A stretch of 64,000 nt of DNA from Octopus sinensis (taxonomy: Eukaryota): assembly GCF_006345805.1 (NCBI RefSeq), contig NC_042997.1:30318001-30382000 (forward strand), read 5' to 3'. Of the stretch, positions 51,183-64,000 are shown piece after piece (positions within the stretch are counted from its first letter, which is position 1; every line of letters begins with the position of its first letter). Both the position numbers and the translations under genes were made by a program. Under the pieces are notes generated by a model. The model had not been told where the DNA came from. It did not search any database and worked only from the letters and a program-made list of their open reading frames with translations.

Positions 51183-51350
51183 TGGAACAAGAAAAGTCTA
51201 AATAAGAAGAGAAAAATAATTCTGGTTATATAATGTTATGTTGAAAGAAGAGAAAAAATTTCGAAGGATGGGGGTGTGGCGGACGCCCTCAGGTGAGAAG
51301 TTGGCTGGTCCACAACTAATAAATAGTGGACATACTCAATCAGCAAGATA
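50172..51350 (+). mobile_element. Small non-autonomous LTR element (TRIM-like): LTR, PBS, tandem-repeat interior, PPT, partial LTR
   Basis: TG...CA at 50172-50320, TGGCGACGAGGAT at 50322-50334, purine tract GAAGGATGGGGG just before a second TGTGGCGGACGCC at 51275, and no coding capacity. Confidence 0.7.
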
Positions 51351-51649
51351 TTTTTGTTAGTTTTAAATCATTTTTGATTCCCATTTGACGAAAGTCGTGT
51401 TATACTTTGTTGTATCTTTGTTTAAGGTTCTCCCCGCGCGGATAAATCATGTTTTGGTTGAATTTGTTAAATACTGTTGCTGTTTTTACCTGAGTGCCTG
51501 TTAAATCTTGTGTTTGTCTTCTTCCCCTTTTTGGGGTGAATTGACTGAAAAAAGGAAAAAGTGGTGTATGAACCAGTTCTAGAACATGCCAGGAGTTATG
51601 CTTCAGCATCTGGGAAAGGTGCAGATTCATTAGAAGTATGAAAAGTTAA

Positions 51650-52503
51650 CATTGAACAAAAGAAGCTGAAGGAACACTACAAGCTGATTCAGAAGGAGGG
51701 ATCCGGTTTAAAGCTAACTCCTCCAGAAGAAGTGACAACAAGTACCAAGAAAAGAACAGTAGTGTACAAAACACTATCTACAACTACAAAGAAAATAGAG
51801 ATAGCTACGGAAGAAGCAATTAAAGAATGTCTGTAGGAAATTAAACACCTGACAACATTCTCTACAAGAGGCAGAAAATACGGCACAGTGGAGGTGAGAT
51901 TTGCCAACGAACAGGAGTCAATAAATCACTCCACTGTGACCTACATACTGTCGCAAAAGGGTCGCCAGAGTGAGAATAAGTAGAGTACCACCAGAAATCA
52001 AAGGAGCGTGGCTGGTGGCAGCCGTAATGCACAAAACTGAGGAAGACGCTAAAATTCTAAAGGTGACAAGGACAAAGAAGGTAAATTGTTGGGGAAACGG
52101 ACTAGAAATGGTCATCCAAGCCAGACAACAAGATCTAAATGAAATTGCTGAAAACATAATACTACCGGAGGACATAAGGGTGAGAGTGGGAATAGAAGGA
52201 AGGCCACCAACTTGCTATCAATGCGGGGAAAAAGGACATATTAGAATAAAGTGTCCCCAGAGAGAAAATAAAAATGAGGGAAGCCAACAGGAGCAGAATG
52301 CCGATGTGGCGGACCTAGACAATGAAAAATGCACGAAAGAAGCGGAAGAACTAGTGAACTCACCTCCGAAGAGTCCAATACAAAAAAAGGAGGGTGAAAT
52401 AGACTGTACACATTTTTCACTACATAAACCACCACCAGCATCAACAACGAAGGAAAAAGAAAAAGAAGCCATCACAGATAACGCAATCACACCGCAGGAC
52501 TGA
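51650..52503 (+). pseudogene. Gag/ORF1-like fragment of a non-LTR element with CCHC zinc knuckle
   Basis: YGTVEVRF upstream, then VRISRVPPEI...RVGIEGRPPTCYQCGEKGHIRIKCP (CX2CX4HX4C) followed by a charged tail. Upstream stops are present and no ORF2 follows. Confidence 0.7.
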
Positions 52504-52849
52504 ACAGTCAAAAGACCCAGAAAAACAAATGACATATGGTAACATATGCAAAAAACAAAGATATAGAAGGAAATTTCACTAAATTTAAATCGGTGATAAT
52601 AAATGGTTATGGTGCTCCCCAACTACACTTGCGCGTGATCAGAGGTAAACTCATTGTCAGCCATTAAGGGACTTACTCAACTGGTTATGGTCAAGCAACT
52701 GACAATCCTATCTGCGGTATTGAGCAAAATATTTGCTGTAGACCATCTTTTTATACTAAGACAAATCATGTACATAATAACACTTACCAACAGTGAAATT
52801 CATACCACTGCCTGGTATTGCATCTTGGTATTCATTATTTTGGTTTGGC

Positions 52850-53080
52850 TCAGGTTCGATTTGTAGGATTTATGTGGATAGCATGTTACTACCTGCAAAC
52901 TTAGGTATCCACAAGTTTTCAGCTGTCTTTCAAGTGCTTAGAACCCTCCTGATAATACTTGCTGCTCCTAAGAGACAAACTTTCTCTAGGAGCTCTACCG
53001 GGTATTCTATTCCAATCTTCTTCAGCCATTTGTCTATATCTTTGCTTACTGTTCCCAACGCACCAGTATTTATACTATTT
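52850..53080 (-). pseudogene. C-terminus and 3' UTR of an RLE-type (R4/Dong-like) non-LTR element
   Basis: Minus strand reads INTGALGTVSKDIDKWLKKIGIEYPVELLEKVCLLGAASIIRRVLST*, stop at 52930-52932. Confidence 0.7.
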
Positions 53081-53231
53081 TGATAAAAATTCTCGGCTTA
53101 TTATACTGGGTATGATGGAAAGTGTCAGCTGCCCACCACCAGCAGACTAAGGTGACACTTGTTTACTGGTCATGCTTCAAGAACCTTGAGAAGAATTAGC
53201 AGTGAATATCATATACATACATATATGTGTT

Positions 53232-53310
<79 letters not shown>

Positions 53311-53345
53311 TAGATTACATAGATGGATGGATAGATAGATAGATA
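53232..53345. repeat. (GATA)n microsatellite
   Basis: Direct reading. Confidence 0.95.
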
Positions 53346-53801
53346 AAACTGTAGATGTACAGGTGTATAAATATGTCAGTGTGCGTGGATGTGTGTTTAC
53401 AAGGAAAGTTAACAGTAACATCGAATTATCCCCGGTCATTGGCTTCATTAATTTGTCTAACGAAGTCAATGACCGGCGAAAATTCGAGGTCACTGTCAAC
53501 ATTTCCCTTGTAAATGTAAATGTGAATGATACTCTACTTAAGTGTAATTCTTCAATTAAGCTTAAATGCTTTAATGTACATGAGAAGCTCATACACACAC
53601 ACCATACCACGCCACACAAATACATATACACCCATCCATCCATACACATATACGTATATACATACATGTATATATAGAAACATAAGCATATATATATACA
53701 TATGAAAAATTTATATACATACTCACACACACACATATATATATATATTCATATCCATATATATATATATATATGTATATATATTCATGTATGTATGTAT
53801 G

Positions 53802-53832
<31 letters not shown>

Positions 53833-55184
53833 TGATAGAGGGGAGAGAGAGAGTGAGAGAGGGGAGAGAGAGAGTGAGAGAGGGGAGAGAGAGAGAGAGA
53901 TGCGTGTGCGCATATGTATGTGAGTATATATATTTATATACATACGTACGTACTCATGAGCCTACGTGTAAACGTACATACATACATATATACATACGTA
54001 CATACATACATACATACATACATACATACATGCATACATAGTCATGTTATGTCTAACGGTAAATACTGTATGCCAATATGTATGTATAATGTCAAGTTCC
54101 ATGTCAGGTACATGACATATTCGTAGATATATATTCACAGGAAACAAGTGTGTTTGTCATTCGCATGAGACGAAAGAGTAAAAAAAAAACACACGTTGAA
54201 TGTGCGGGGTTGTTGTTGTGTTTTATTATATTTATCTTAAAACTTAAAATAAAAATTTAAAAATGAAAACATAATACCGCCAAAAGCCTATATATATATA
54301 TATATATATAATATCTGTGTATGTATGCATGTAAAAGAAGTAAAAAAAAATTCGCTCAGAAGACAATGGAAAGACAAACAAAATTAAAATGTAAACAGTC
54401 TCTAAATAAACCCTTTTGAAGAGAGACTAGTGGGTCAGATACAAAAGACCTGAAACATGTATCACTTAAAGAGGTTTGGATGTGTTTTAAATGGCTTTTT
54501 TTTTTATTCCTTCTATTTGTTATTCTTTAGTTATTTGTTTATTTAATTATTTATATTTAGAATGATTATAACGTATATAGCCGAGTCAATAGGGTAGTGA
54601 GTAACTACCCGAGATGTCGGAGTTACATGTCCTGTAAATCAACGTCTGTTTTTATAGGAGAACAAGTGTCGTTAACCTCCAGAGAATCCACCAGGCAGAA
54701 CACTGTATGTGTTATACAATTTATGTTGCTGTAAGCTGGGGCTACCCTACAATATTAATTACTTCCATAAGCACAATACCACATTTATTGGGTTGTCAGA
54801 TAAATTCATTCGCTTTTTTTTTGTTTTTTTTGTTTTATTTTGTTTGTTTGTTTTTTTTTTCTTACTTGGACCTCTACCATTATATGTCTCAAAAGAGGTA
54901 AGATTTATTCAAATTTGAAAAACGATAAACAAGAATTGTAGAGATAGAACAAAACTACAAAATTTAAATACATAAAAGAAAACGATAAAAATAATTTTGT
55001 GTTAATTCAAATAACACTGGGAAGGATTCAAATAAATGGGGAGATAAATTAATTTATTTTGATAATCTAATACATCAACCCCATTATTTGACAGGTGACT
55101 TTATTTTATCGAGGCTAGAATGTTGAAAGGCAAAGTCGATCATGGAAGCATTTGGAATCAGAACGAGAAGATCCATTCGTCAGG

Positions 55185-55480
55185 CTTCTGGTTCAGTGAT
55201 GATGTTCCTTCTCGAGCCACGCCTGGCTCATAAGGGCCGGTTTCCCGGTTTCCTTGGCGTATAGGTTCCCCACCTGGACGGGACGCCAGTTCGTCGCAGG
55301 TGGAAAAATGCAGGAGGAAAGAGTGAGAGAAAGTTGTGGCGAAAGAGTCAGCAGAAGTTCGCCATTACCTTCTGCCGGAGCCGAGTGGAGCTTAGGTGTT
55401 TCGCTCATCACCCGGTCTGAGATTCGAATCCGCGATCCCTCGACCGCGAGTCCGCTGCTCTAACCACTAGGCCATGTGCC
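55185..55480 (-). mobile_element. SINE with family B head and GAGAAGGAAC tail
   Basis: Reverse complement closely matches 56103-56395. Confidence 0.85.
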
Positions 55481-55514
55481 TCCAATCTGGTTCAGTGACT
55501 TCTACAATAATGAT

Positions 55515-56065
55515 TTCAAATTTTGGCATAAGGCCAGTAAGATCGAGGGAGGGAGTTAAGTCGATTACATCAACCCCAGTGTTTAACTGCTACTTATTTC
55601 ATAAAACCCGAAAGGATGAAATGCGAAATCGACCTCGGTGGAATTTGAACTCAGAATATGAAGATTGTAATTAAATAGGCTAAAATATTTCATCCGACGC
55701 ACTACTGTTTCTGCAAATCCTACAAGACTGTTTTTCTAATTTAAATTCAAGAGTAATTGACTTACCCACCTCCTAGAGTTGCTAGCCTTCTAAAATTTGA
55801 AGTCTGTATAAATTCAAGGACAAATATTCTTGAAGGTAAGGTATTCTCAAATACCGTAGATTTCAAATTGTGGCACAAGGCCAGCAATTTCAAGGAAGGC
55901 GTTAAGTTGATTACATCGACTTTGGTGTTCAACTGGCATTTATTTCATCGACCCTGAAAGGATGAAACGCGAAGTCGACCTCGGCGGAATTTGAAATCAG
56001 AACGTAAAGACGGACAAAATGCCGTTAAATATTTTACCTGGCGTGCTAACATTTCTGCCAGCTAG
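55515..56065 (-). mobile_element. Two older SINE A copies (about 55515-55715 and 55862-56065)
   Basis: Each has AAGGCCAG...ATCGAC...GAAAGGATGAAA...GGAATTTGAA. Confidence 0.7.
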
Positions 56066-56102
56066 TAACCTTATTTTCAAATATAGACCATAGTGTTTAA
56101 TT

Positions 56103-56395
56103 GTGGAGGCACATGGCCTAGTGGTTAGAGCAATGGACACGCGATCGCGGATTCGAATCTCAGTCCGGGTAATGTGTGTGTTTATGAGCGAGACACCTAT
56201 GCTCCACGCGGCTCCGGCAGATAATAATGGCAAACTTCTGCTAACTTTTTCGCCACAACTTTCTCTCACTCTTTCCTCTTGCATCTTGCAGCTCACCTGT
56301 GACGGACCGGCGTCCTGTTCAGGTGGGGAATCTATATGCCAAGGAAATCGGGAAACCGGCCCTTATGAACCAGACATGGCTTGAGAAGGAACAAA
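56103..56395 (+). mobile_element. SINE with family B head and GAGAAGGAAC tail
   Basis: TGGCCTAGTGG and ATTCGAATCT boxes; GGAAATCGGGAAACCGGCCCTTATGA tail. Confidence 0.85.
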
Positions 56396-56559
56396 CAATT
56401 AAACAGTGTTTAATTGATGCTTTCTTTTATCGGCTCCAAAGAGATTAATGTCTAACTGCTTTGGTGGAATTTGAAATCAGAATTTTACTGGATATTGCAA
56501 TGCATTTTTCCTGGTGTTCTATTGATTTCTGCAAGTTCTACAACTGTTGTCCACTGCAT

Positions 56560-57121
56560 CGACCCCCCAGTGTTCAACTAGTACTTATTTTATCGTTCCC
56601 GGAAGGATGAAAGGCAAAGTCGACCTCGGTGGAATTTGAACTTAGAACATAAAGAGAGGCGAATTACCGCTAAACATTTCACCCGGCGTGCTAACGTTTC
56701 ATTTTTCTGTATTGCCCACAAGGGGCTAAACACAGAAAGGACAAACAAGGACAGACAAACGGATTAAATCGATTACATCGACCCCAATGCGTAACTGGTA
56801 CTTAATTTATCGACCCCGAAAGAATGAAAGGCAAAGTAGACCTCGGCGGAATTTGAACTCAGAACGTAACGGCAGACGAAATACCTATTTCTATTTCTTT
56901 ACTACCCACAAGGGGCTAAACACAGAGAGGACAAACAAGGACAAGCAAACGGATTAAGTCGATTATATCGACCCAGTGCGTAACTGGTACTTATTCAATC
57001 GACCCCGAAAGGATGAAAGGCAAAGTCGACCTCGGCGGAATTTGAACTCAGAACGTAACGGCAGACGAAATACGGCTACGCATTTCGCCCGGCGTGCTAA
57101 CGTTTCTGCCATCTCGCCGCC
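56560..57121 (-). mobile_element. Three SINE A bodies sharing one head
   Basis: Junctions at GCTAACGTTTC| (56700) and GACGAAATA|CCTATTTC (56884); head at 57121. Confidence 0.88.
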
Positions 57122-58020
57122 TCTGCCGTCCTGTAATATTGGCAATTGGTTTGTTGATTTGTAGTTCCGATTTCAAACCCGCTCGCGGGTAGCTAATAGT
57201 ATCTGCATCCGTCAGTTCTTATATATATATACTCCAGAAGATATTCGTTTCTTCTCTGCAGTCTCACGGAATACACACGTAAGCAGATTTGTTGTTTGCT
57301 TTTGCAACTTAATGGGGACGTATTTTTCTATACTTTTTTCTTTTATTAATTTATTTATTACCTTATTATCTTTAAAAAACATAGTTCTGGAGTTGTGTAG
57401 GTCTGGGAAAGAAATGTTTAATGGTATGTATTGAACAAATCAGCAGTGTTGGGAATCAGGGAGACAGGCGAGACGTGAAGGATTAATAGGATGTGGGGTA
57501 TAGTGAACCGATTCACAAGAGCAGAGCGGAGACTGTTTTGTAATGGAGAAGGAAAGAGACGTCGGAAGGGTTTTGAGTTGGGAAAAGTAAAATCAGGAAA
57601 TTGAATTATTACGAAATGAAGGAAATAAAAATACAGTCCTTTTATTTCTAATTTAGAAGTAATTATTTTAACATGCATAGTAGTTTGTTGGGAGTTGTTT
57701 CTTTTTGTTTTTGCTTTTTATTTTTTTGCTCTTTTTTTTGTTTTTATTTTTAACTGGTCTTGTACTCCTCCAATATTTCAGGAAATAGATTATTCTAACA
57801 CCGGAAGTCATTTCTGTAAAATAGGAACTGAAAGATCAAAAATGGAAATGAGCTCGATTCATGCATATCTAGATCATCCTGAAATGGTACTGCTGCTGCT
57901 GCTGCTGCTACTGATGAAGATGGGGTTGATAAGATAAACAGACAGAAAGACATACAGATGTCAGTCTCTATGCATGCACACACATACAATAGATAGATAG
58001 ATATATAGATAGATAGATAA

Positions 58021-58056
<36 letters not shown>

Positions 58057-58144
58057 ACGTATATATATATAGATGCATATATATAAATGTATATATAATG
58101 TTTGCGTTCTTGTCCATTTTGTATTATATATATTATATATATAT

Positions 58145-58193
<49 letters not shown>

Positions 58194-58365
58194 TGAGTGT
58201 ATTTAACCTTGTTAACAATTAACACGGATAAATAAATAAATAGTTACCAGAGAAGATTGCATTGTTTATACCTTTTTCTTTTGAATAGTATCAGTGGAAT
58301 TTTCGAAACATATGTAGAAAGTAAAAATACTTGTTTAAACCTGCGTTAACTCCATTTTTTTATTC

Positions 58366-58402
<37 letters not shown>

Positions 58403-59016
58403 ATATATGCATTTATATATTTTCAGTTTCACACCGACTTTTATATCCAACACTCATATGGGTAAATGTTTCGAGTCACTGTCGTGAGGTCACGATTTCA
58501 ATTCCTTCACATCCATCAAATTCCCAACGCTATATACTTTTCGACCCGAGGGTATGAAACACCGCACCAATCCAGATCGAAACAACGATTTATGATCCCA
58601 TTGTGAAGTTGGAAAGCGAAATCACGAAGAGCACATAGAGCACATGAACGCGGCCTGCGCCTTCATGCTATATCTATCACTGTCAAGTGCTCTGTTTTCC
58701 GAGAAAATAACTTGCTGTCAGTCAAACAGCCTTATACAGACTTGTGTAATGCATATTAGAAAAATATAACGCATATTAAACACCATAAGAGCAAGAGCAG
58801 CAAAAATATTTTAACAGATGATGATGAATTCATACTTAGACAATTCATATATGAGTGCGTGTGCGTGTGTGTGCGTGTATGTGTATGTGGTGTGTTGCAT
58901 TCGGTTTACGTATATGTGTTATGTGTGTGTTTTGTGTGCGTGTGCATATAAATATATACCACATATATATGATATATATATGTATACATAATATATATGT
59001 GTATACACACATATAT

Positions 59017-59065
<49 letters not shown>

Positions 59066-59139
59066 CATATATATATATCTGTGGTATATAAATGTATACA
59101 CATATATATGTATATTACATATATATATATATATATATT

Positions 59140-60491
59140 TATTTTTTATAAGCAGTTATATTACATATCAAGAATTTAATAAAAACACAACCAAATGGCA
59201 ATATAAACAAATAAACAAATAATTATAGCTTGTGTGTGCGTGTGGCGCATGTGTATGTGTGTATGTGTGTGTGTGTGTGTGTTGTGTGTGTGAGTGTGTG
59301 TGTGTGAGTGTGTGTGTGTGTGTGTGTGTGAGTGTGTGTGGTGGGTGTGTGTGTGGTGTGTGTGGTGTGAGTGTGTGTGTGTGTGTGTGTGAGTGTGGTG
59401 TTGTGTTGTGTGAGTGTGTGTGTGGGTGTGTGTGAGTGTGTGTGTGTGGTGTGTGTGTGTGTGTGAGTGTGTGTGTGTGGTGTGTGTGAGTGTGTGTGTG
59501 TGGTGTGTGAGTGTGTGGTGTGTGTGTGTGGTGTGAGTGTGTGTGTGAGGTGTAGTGTGGGTGTGTGTGAGTGTTGGTGTGTGTGTGTGAGTGGTGTGTG
59601 TGTATGTGGTGTTGTGAGTGTGGTGTGTGTGTGTGTATGGTGTATGTGTGGTGTGTGTGTGAGTGTGTTGTGTGTGTGTGTGTGGTGTGTCAGTGTGTGG
59701 TGTTGTGTGAGTGTGTGGTGTGTGTGTTGTGTGTGAGTGTGTGTGTATGTGTGTGTGTGTGAGTGTGTATGTGTGTGTGTGTGTGTGTGGTGTGTGAGTG
59801 GTGTATGTGTGGTGTGTGGTGCGTGTGGTGTGTGTGTGTGTGTGTGTCGTGTGTGTATGTGTGGGTGTGTATGGCGTTTACTTACATGAATGCAAGGCCA
59901 TGCAATGCATGCTTAACATAGATTCATAAATGCAAATAACATAAGTTATTTCAGAAACTATTGTTGTGACAGGCACCCGAGAAAAGGGGTCATATATATA
60001 CATACATATATATATATATATATATACTCAACGTAGCATGCCTATGTTGTGTATACTCTGTGTGTAATTTCCGTATTTTCCTAATGCTACGTCAGCCTGA
60101 ATATTTTCACCAAGCATTTAACCGCATGTCACTATGAGTCACTGAACCCTCCAATCCTACGATACATTCCCTAATACTTACTTGCCCGCATAAATATACA
60201 TACGTATATATGGTGTGTTTGTATGTGTGTGTGTGTGTGTGTGTATTTATATATATGTACACAGTACATATATATATATACACGTATATATATTTATATT
60301 TTATAAGCAGTTATATTACATATCAAGAATTTAATAAAAACACAACAAATGGCAATATAAAAACATAAACAAATATTCATAGCTTGTGTGTGCGTGTGCG
60401 CATGTGTATGTGTGTATGTGTGTGTGTGGTGTGTGGTGTGTGTTGAGTGTGTGTGTGTGAGTGTGTGTGTGTGTGTGTGTGAGTTTTGTGT

Positions 60492-60524
<33 letters not shown>

Positions 60525-61430
60525 TTGAGTGTGTGTGTGTGTGTGTGTGAGTGTGTGTGTGTGTGTGTGAGTGTGTGTGTGTGTGTGTGATGTGTGGTGT
60601 TGTGTGTGTGAGTGTGTGGGTGTGTGTGTGAGTGGTGTGTGTGTGTGTTGTGTGTGGTGTGAGTGTGTGTGTGTGTTGTGTGTGAGTGTGTGTGGTGTGT
60701 GTGTGTGTGTGAGTGGTGTGAGTGTGTATGTGTTGTGTGTGTGGGTGTGTGGGTTGGTGTGTGAGTGTGTGTGTGTATGTGTGTGTGTGTGAGTGTGTGT
60801 GTGGGTGTGTATGTGTGTATGTGTGTGTGTGTGTGAGTGTGTGTGTGTGGTTGTGTTGTGAGTGTGTGTGTGGTGTGTGTGTGAGGTGTGTGTGTGTGTG
60901 TGTGAGTGTGTGTGTATGTGTGGTGTGTGTGTGAGTGTGTATGGGTGTGTGTGTGTGGTGTGTGTGTGTGAGTGTGTATGTGTGTGTGTGTGGTGAGTGT
61001 GTGTGTGTGTGGTGTGTGCGTGTGTATGTGTGTGTGTATGGCGTTACTTACATGAATGCAAGGCAGCAATGCATGCTTAACATAGATCATAAATGCAAAT
61101 AACATAAGTTATTTCAGAAACTAGTTGTGACAGGCACCCGAGAAAAGGGGTCATATATATACATACATATATATATATATATAACTCAACGTAGCATGCC
61201 TATGTTGTGTATACTCTGTGTTAATTTCCGTATTTTCCTAAGGCTACGTCAGCCTGAATATTTTTCACCAAGCATTAACCGCATGTCACTATGAGTCACT
61301 GAACCCTCAAATCTACGATACATTCCCTAATACTTAACTTGCCCGCATAAATAGACATACGTATATATGGTGTGTTTGTATGTGTGTGTGTGTGTGTGTG
61401 TGTATTTATATATATGTACACACGTATATA
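59140..61430. repeat. ~1155-bp tandem duplication containing noisy (TG/TGAG)n arrays
   Basis: AGCAGTTATATTACATATCAAG at 59151 and 60306; unique segments differ almost only by 1-2-bp indels. Confidence 0.85.
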
Positions 61431-61885
61431 TATATAGACATAAATACACATACTTGGGTATACATATGCATACATGTGTCTGTGTATATATGTAGTAGTG
61501 TGCATGTGTATATATACATATGCGTGTGTGTTTGCAAGCGTGCGTGTATATGTGTGTATGAAAGAAGCGTTTTCTAACATAGATCCAAGGTCCCTTCATT
61601 GGAATTTCAACATCAATAACAGGGTATTTTTGTATGTATGTATGTATGTATGTATGTTTTATGTATGTATGTTTTATGCATGTATTCTCATGCATATAGT
61701 TACATATCTAGACATGCTCAAATATATTTATTTGAGAAAGTCCGTATTTAAAAAGTCCGAACTCGGGTCCTAGATTATCCATCCTAGGTAGTCCATTTTC
61801 TGTTGTTCTTCCTAGAGGTAAAACGAAATTTTAAATTCGCTGCCCGCATACAATTTTCCAGTATACATTTCAGTGACATACAATC

Positions 61886-61932
<47 letters not shown>

Positions 61933-61940
61933 ATATATAT

Positions 61941-62251
61941 CACCGTGATCACCATGACCGACCAGGCTATGAGATGTTGCCACACATCGCTGGTCACAAT
62001 GCGCTTCGCATTGTTTTAGCCTTCAAATGACGCCACACCACTGGCTAAGTGAGTAGGCCAACAGAGAATGAATGAGTGAGAGAACGTTGTGGCGAAAGAG
62101 TACAGCATGATCGCCACCCCCACCCCCTGCCGGAGTCTCGTGGAGCTTTAGGCGTTTCGCTCAATAACATCACAAACGCCCAGTTGGGAATCGAAACCGC
62201 GATTATACGACCGCGAGTCCGCTGCCCTAACCACTGGGCCATTGCACCTCC
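61941..62251 (-). mobile_element. SINE with family B head and a third tail type
   Basis: The head is near-identical to 8913 and diverges after the CTCTCACTC segment. Confidence 0.85.
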
Positions 62252-62631
62252 ATATATATATATTATTGGCAGGGCTTGACTGCTAGGAAGTCAGCCGTAT
62301 GCTAGAAACAGATCATCAACGATCAAACTACAAAGGAATTCTCTAGAGGAAAAATTCAGCGAACACCAGAACCAAATTTTGGCGGGCAGGACAGATGAAA
62401 ATTTATATAAAAACAGATTTAAATGCATACCTCGGTGTTTCGGCCTTTAAACAAAGAATTACTTACATAATTCAAATGTCTGTGCTTCATCAGTGCATTC
62501 GTTCATTGTACAATGTAAACTACAAAACTAACCCCAGCTTTCCGTGCCAAGTCAGACACGTGCTTAGTCTTACCGATTACATTAGGGATGAAATTTCAAA
62601 TGTCTTGTGCTAGCGCGCTAAGAAATTCCGA

Positions 62632-62788
62632 CGGGCTTCTTTCAGTTTCCGTCTACCAAATCCACTCACAGGGCTTTGGTCGGCCCGAGGCTATAGTAGA
62701 AGACACTTGCCCAAGGTGCCACGCAGTGGGACTGAACCCGGAACCATGTGGTTGGTAAACAAGCTACTTACCACACAGCCGCTCCTGC
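62632..62788 (-). mobile_element. SINE family C 5' half
   Basis: CTTCTTTCAGTTTCCGTCTACCAAATCCACTCAC...CCACACAGCCGCTCCTGC. Confidence 0.88.
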
Positions 62789-63429
62789 ACCTATACTCGT
62801 TAATTCTGTTATTTATTTATATATCTTACTTTTCTCTATGTATGTGTATGTGAGTGAGCGTGAGCATTTACAAGTTCCGTATTTATCTGCTTTACAGGTT
62901 TCTCGCTTTGCTCAGCGTAATTTAGAACTTGCCTGAAAGAATAAGACTTTCTGAGAGAGAAAAAAAATAGCAATAACAACAGCAACAATAGCAATAAACA
63001 ACAGTAATAACAATATCAGCAGCAATACCAGTGATAGTGGTAAATGGTTGGGCGACCACCACCACCACAGCCGCAGCATTATCAACAATGACAACATTCT
63101 CCTTTATAATAGAGAAGGAATTCTTTATTTCAGTAGTCATATCCATTGCTTCTGCAAAAGTAGCTACAATAAAGACAAAAGCATCAACAACCGCAATAAA
63201 ACAATAACATCAACCAATAATAACAACAGCATTAGCCGCAAAAACACATTGTCGGCAAAAAGTTGTTACAGGGAAAATAGTTTGTTTTTTTTTTGTTTTT
63301 TTTTCTTTTATTCTATTTAAATTCGTTTTTGGATTTGGTTGCAAGATTCTTTATATGTATCGTTTGTGTGGTTGAAGCATATTTTTGTTGTGTCTGGGGA
63401 GAGTCATTTTCTTTTGTGCCTTATAATGT

Positions 63430-63646
63430 AACACACACACCGGTAAAATTTCCACTTATTTCTTATTTCTATTTCTTATTTTTATTTTCCTAAAATTTTC
63501 GTTGCGTCTTGCAACCTTTCAATAGTTTGACTCTGTCAGTGTAAATAACGGACAGAGTCAAGACTATTGAAAAGGTTGCAAGACGCAACGAAAATTTAGG
63601 GGAAAAAAAATAAGAAATAAGTGGAAATTTTACCGGTGAGTGTGTT
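63430..63646. repeat. ~100-bp-arm fold-back palindrome with 13-nt loop
   Basis: ...GACTCTGTC agtgtaaataacg GACAGAGTC..., with arms extending to CACACACCGGTAAAATTTCCACTT and AAGTGGAAATTTTACCGGTGAGTGTG. Confidence 0.9.
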
Positions 63647-64000
63647 CTATTTAAATGTTTGACAGATAAGATAACATAATTTCTTTGTAATTGTTGTAAT
63701 TACTTAACTTGAACTCTGTCCTCATTTAGCAGACAGGCCTATGATCAAAGATGTTCAAGGCATGATCACCTCGTCCTTTTCTCGGGTACTGCATATCAAG
63801 AGCTACATTATCCAACGTATCCCATACTTTTCATGTCTGCTATTTCTAGCAGATAAAACACTCTATAGTGGCTCCTCTTCTGGTTCACAATTTCAGGAGT
63901 TTGATAATGAAAAAAATATTACAGAGGAAATCAAGCGCTCTGGAATCAGCAGAAAACTTAGAAAAAAGATTGAACAGGCTCTTGGCCCCATTTTGAGGCC

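Noticed and set aside
58275-58322. GAAA CATATG TA with palindromic stem III
   Set aside because: The core and stem II are too degenerate to support a ribozyme call.

Overview
AT-rich eukaryotic DNA made almost entirely of repeats, with no recognisable host gene. The SINE families resemble, from memory, those of Octopus; this was not checked by a search. The window holds dozens of tRNA-derived SINEs (solo, nested and in tandem arrays), (TA)n/(GATA)n/(CA)n microsatellites and two minisatellites. It also holds a deleted mariner and a mariner MITE, L1/Tx1-clade LINE fragments, RLE-type LINE scraps, a small non-coding LTR element with a tRNA-Ser primer site, and at least three Penelope-like retroelements (PLEs). 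Nearly all ORFs in the supplied track are microsatellite or antisense noise. The most striking unexplained signal is a set of minimal type I hammerhead-ribozyme-like motifs, several with variant cores (U3-A8, A6U, U4C). They lie in short elements embedded in (TA)n tracts, and four of these elements are also fold-back (inverted) duplications. The best example is a ~555-bp tandem-then-inverted non-coding unit at 26.0-27.3 kb with one canonical-core hammerhead per unit, a candidate retrozyme. Many duplicated segments differ mainly by homopolymer indels, so some duplications may be long-read assembly artefacts. All alignments and folds were done by eye.
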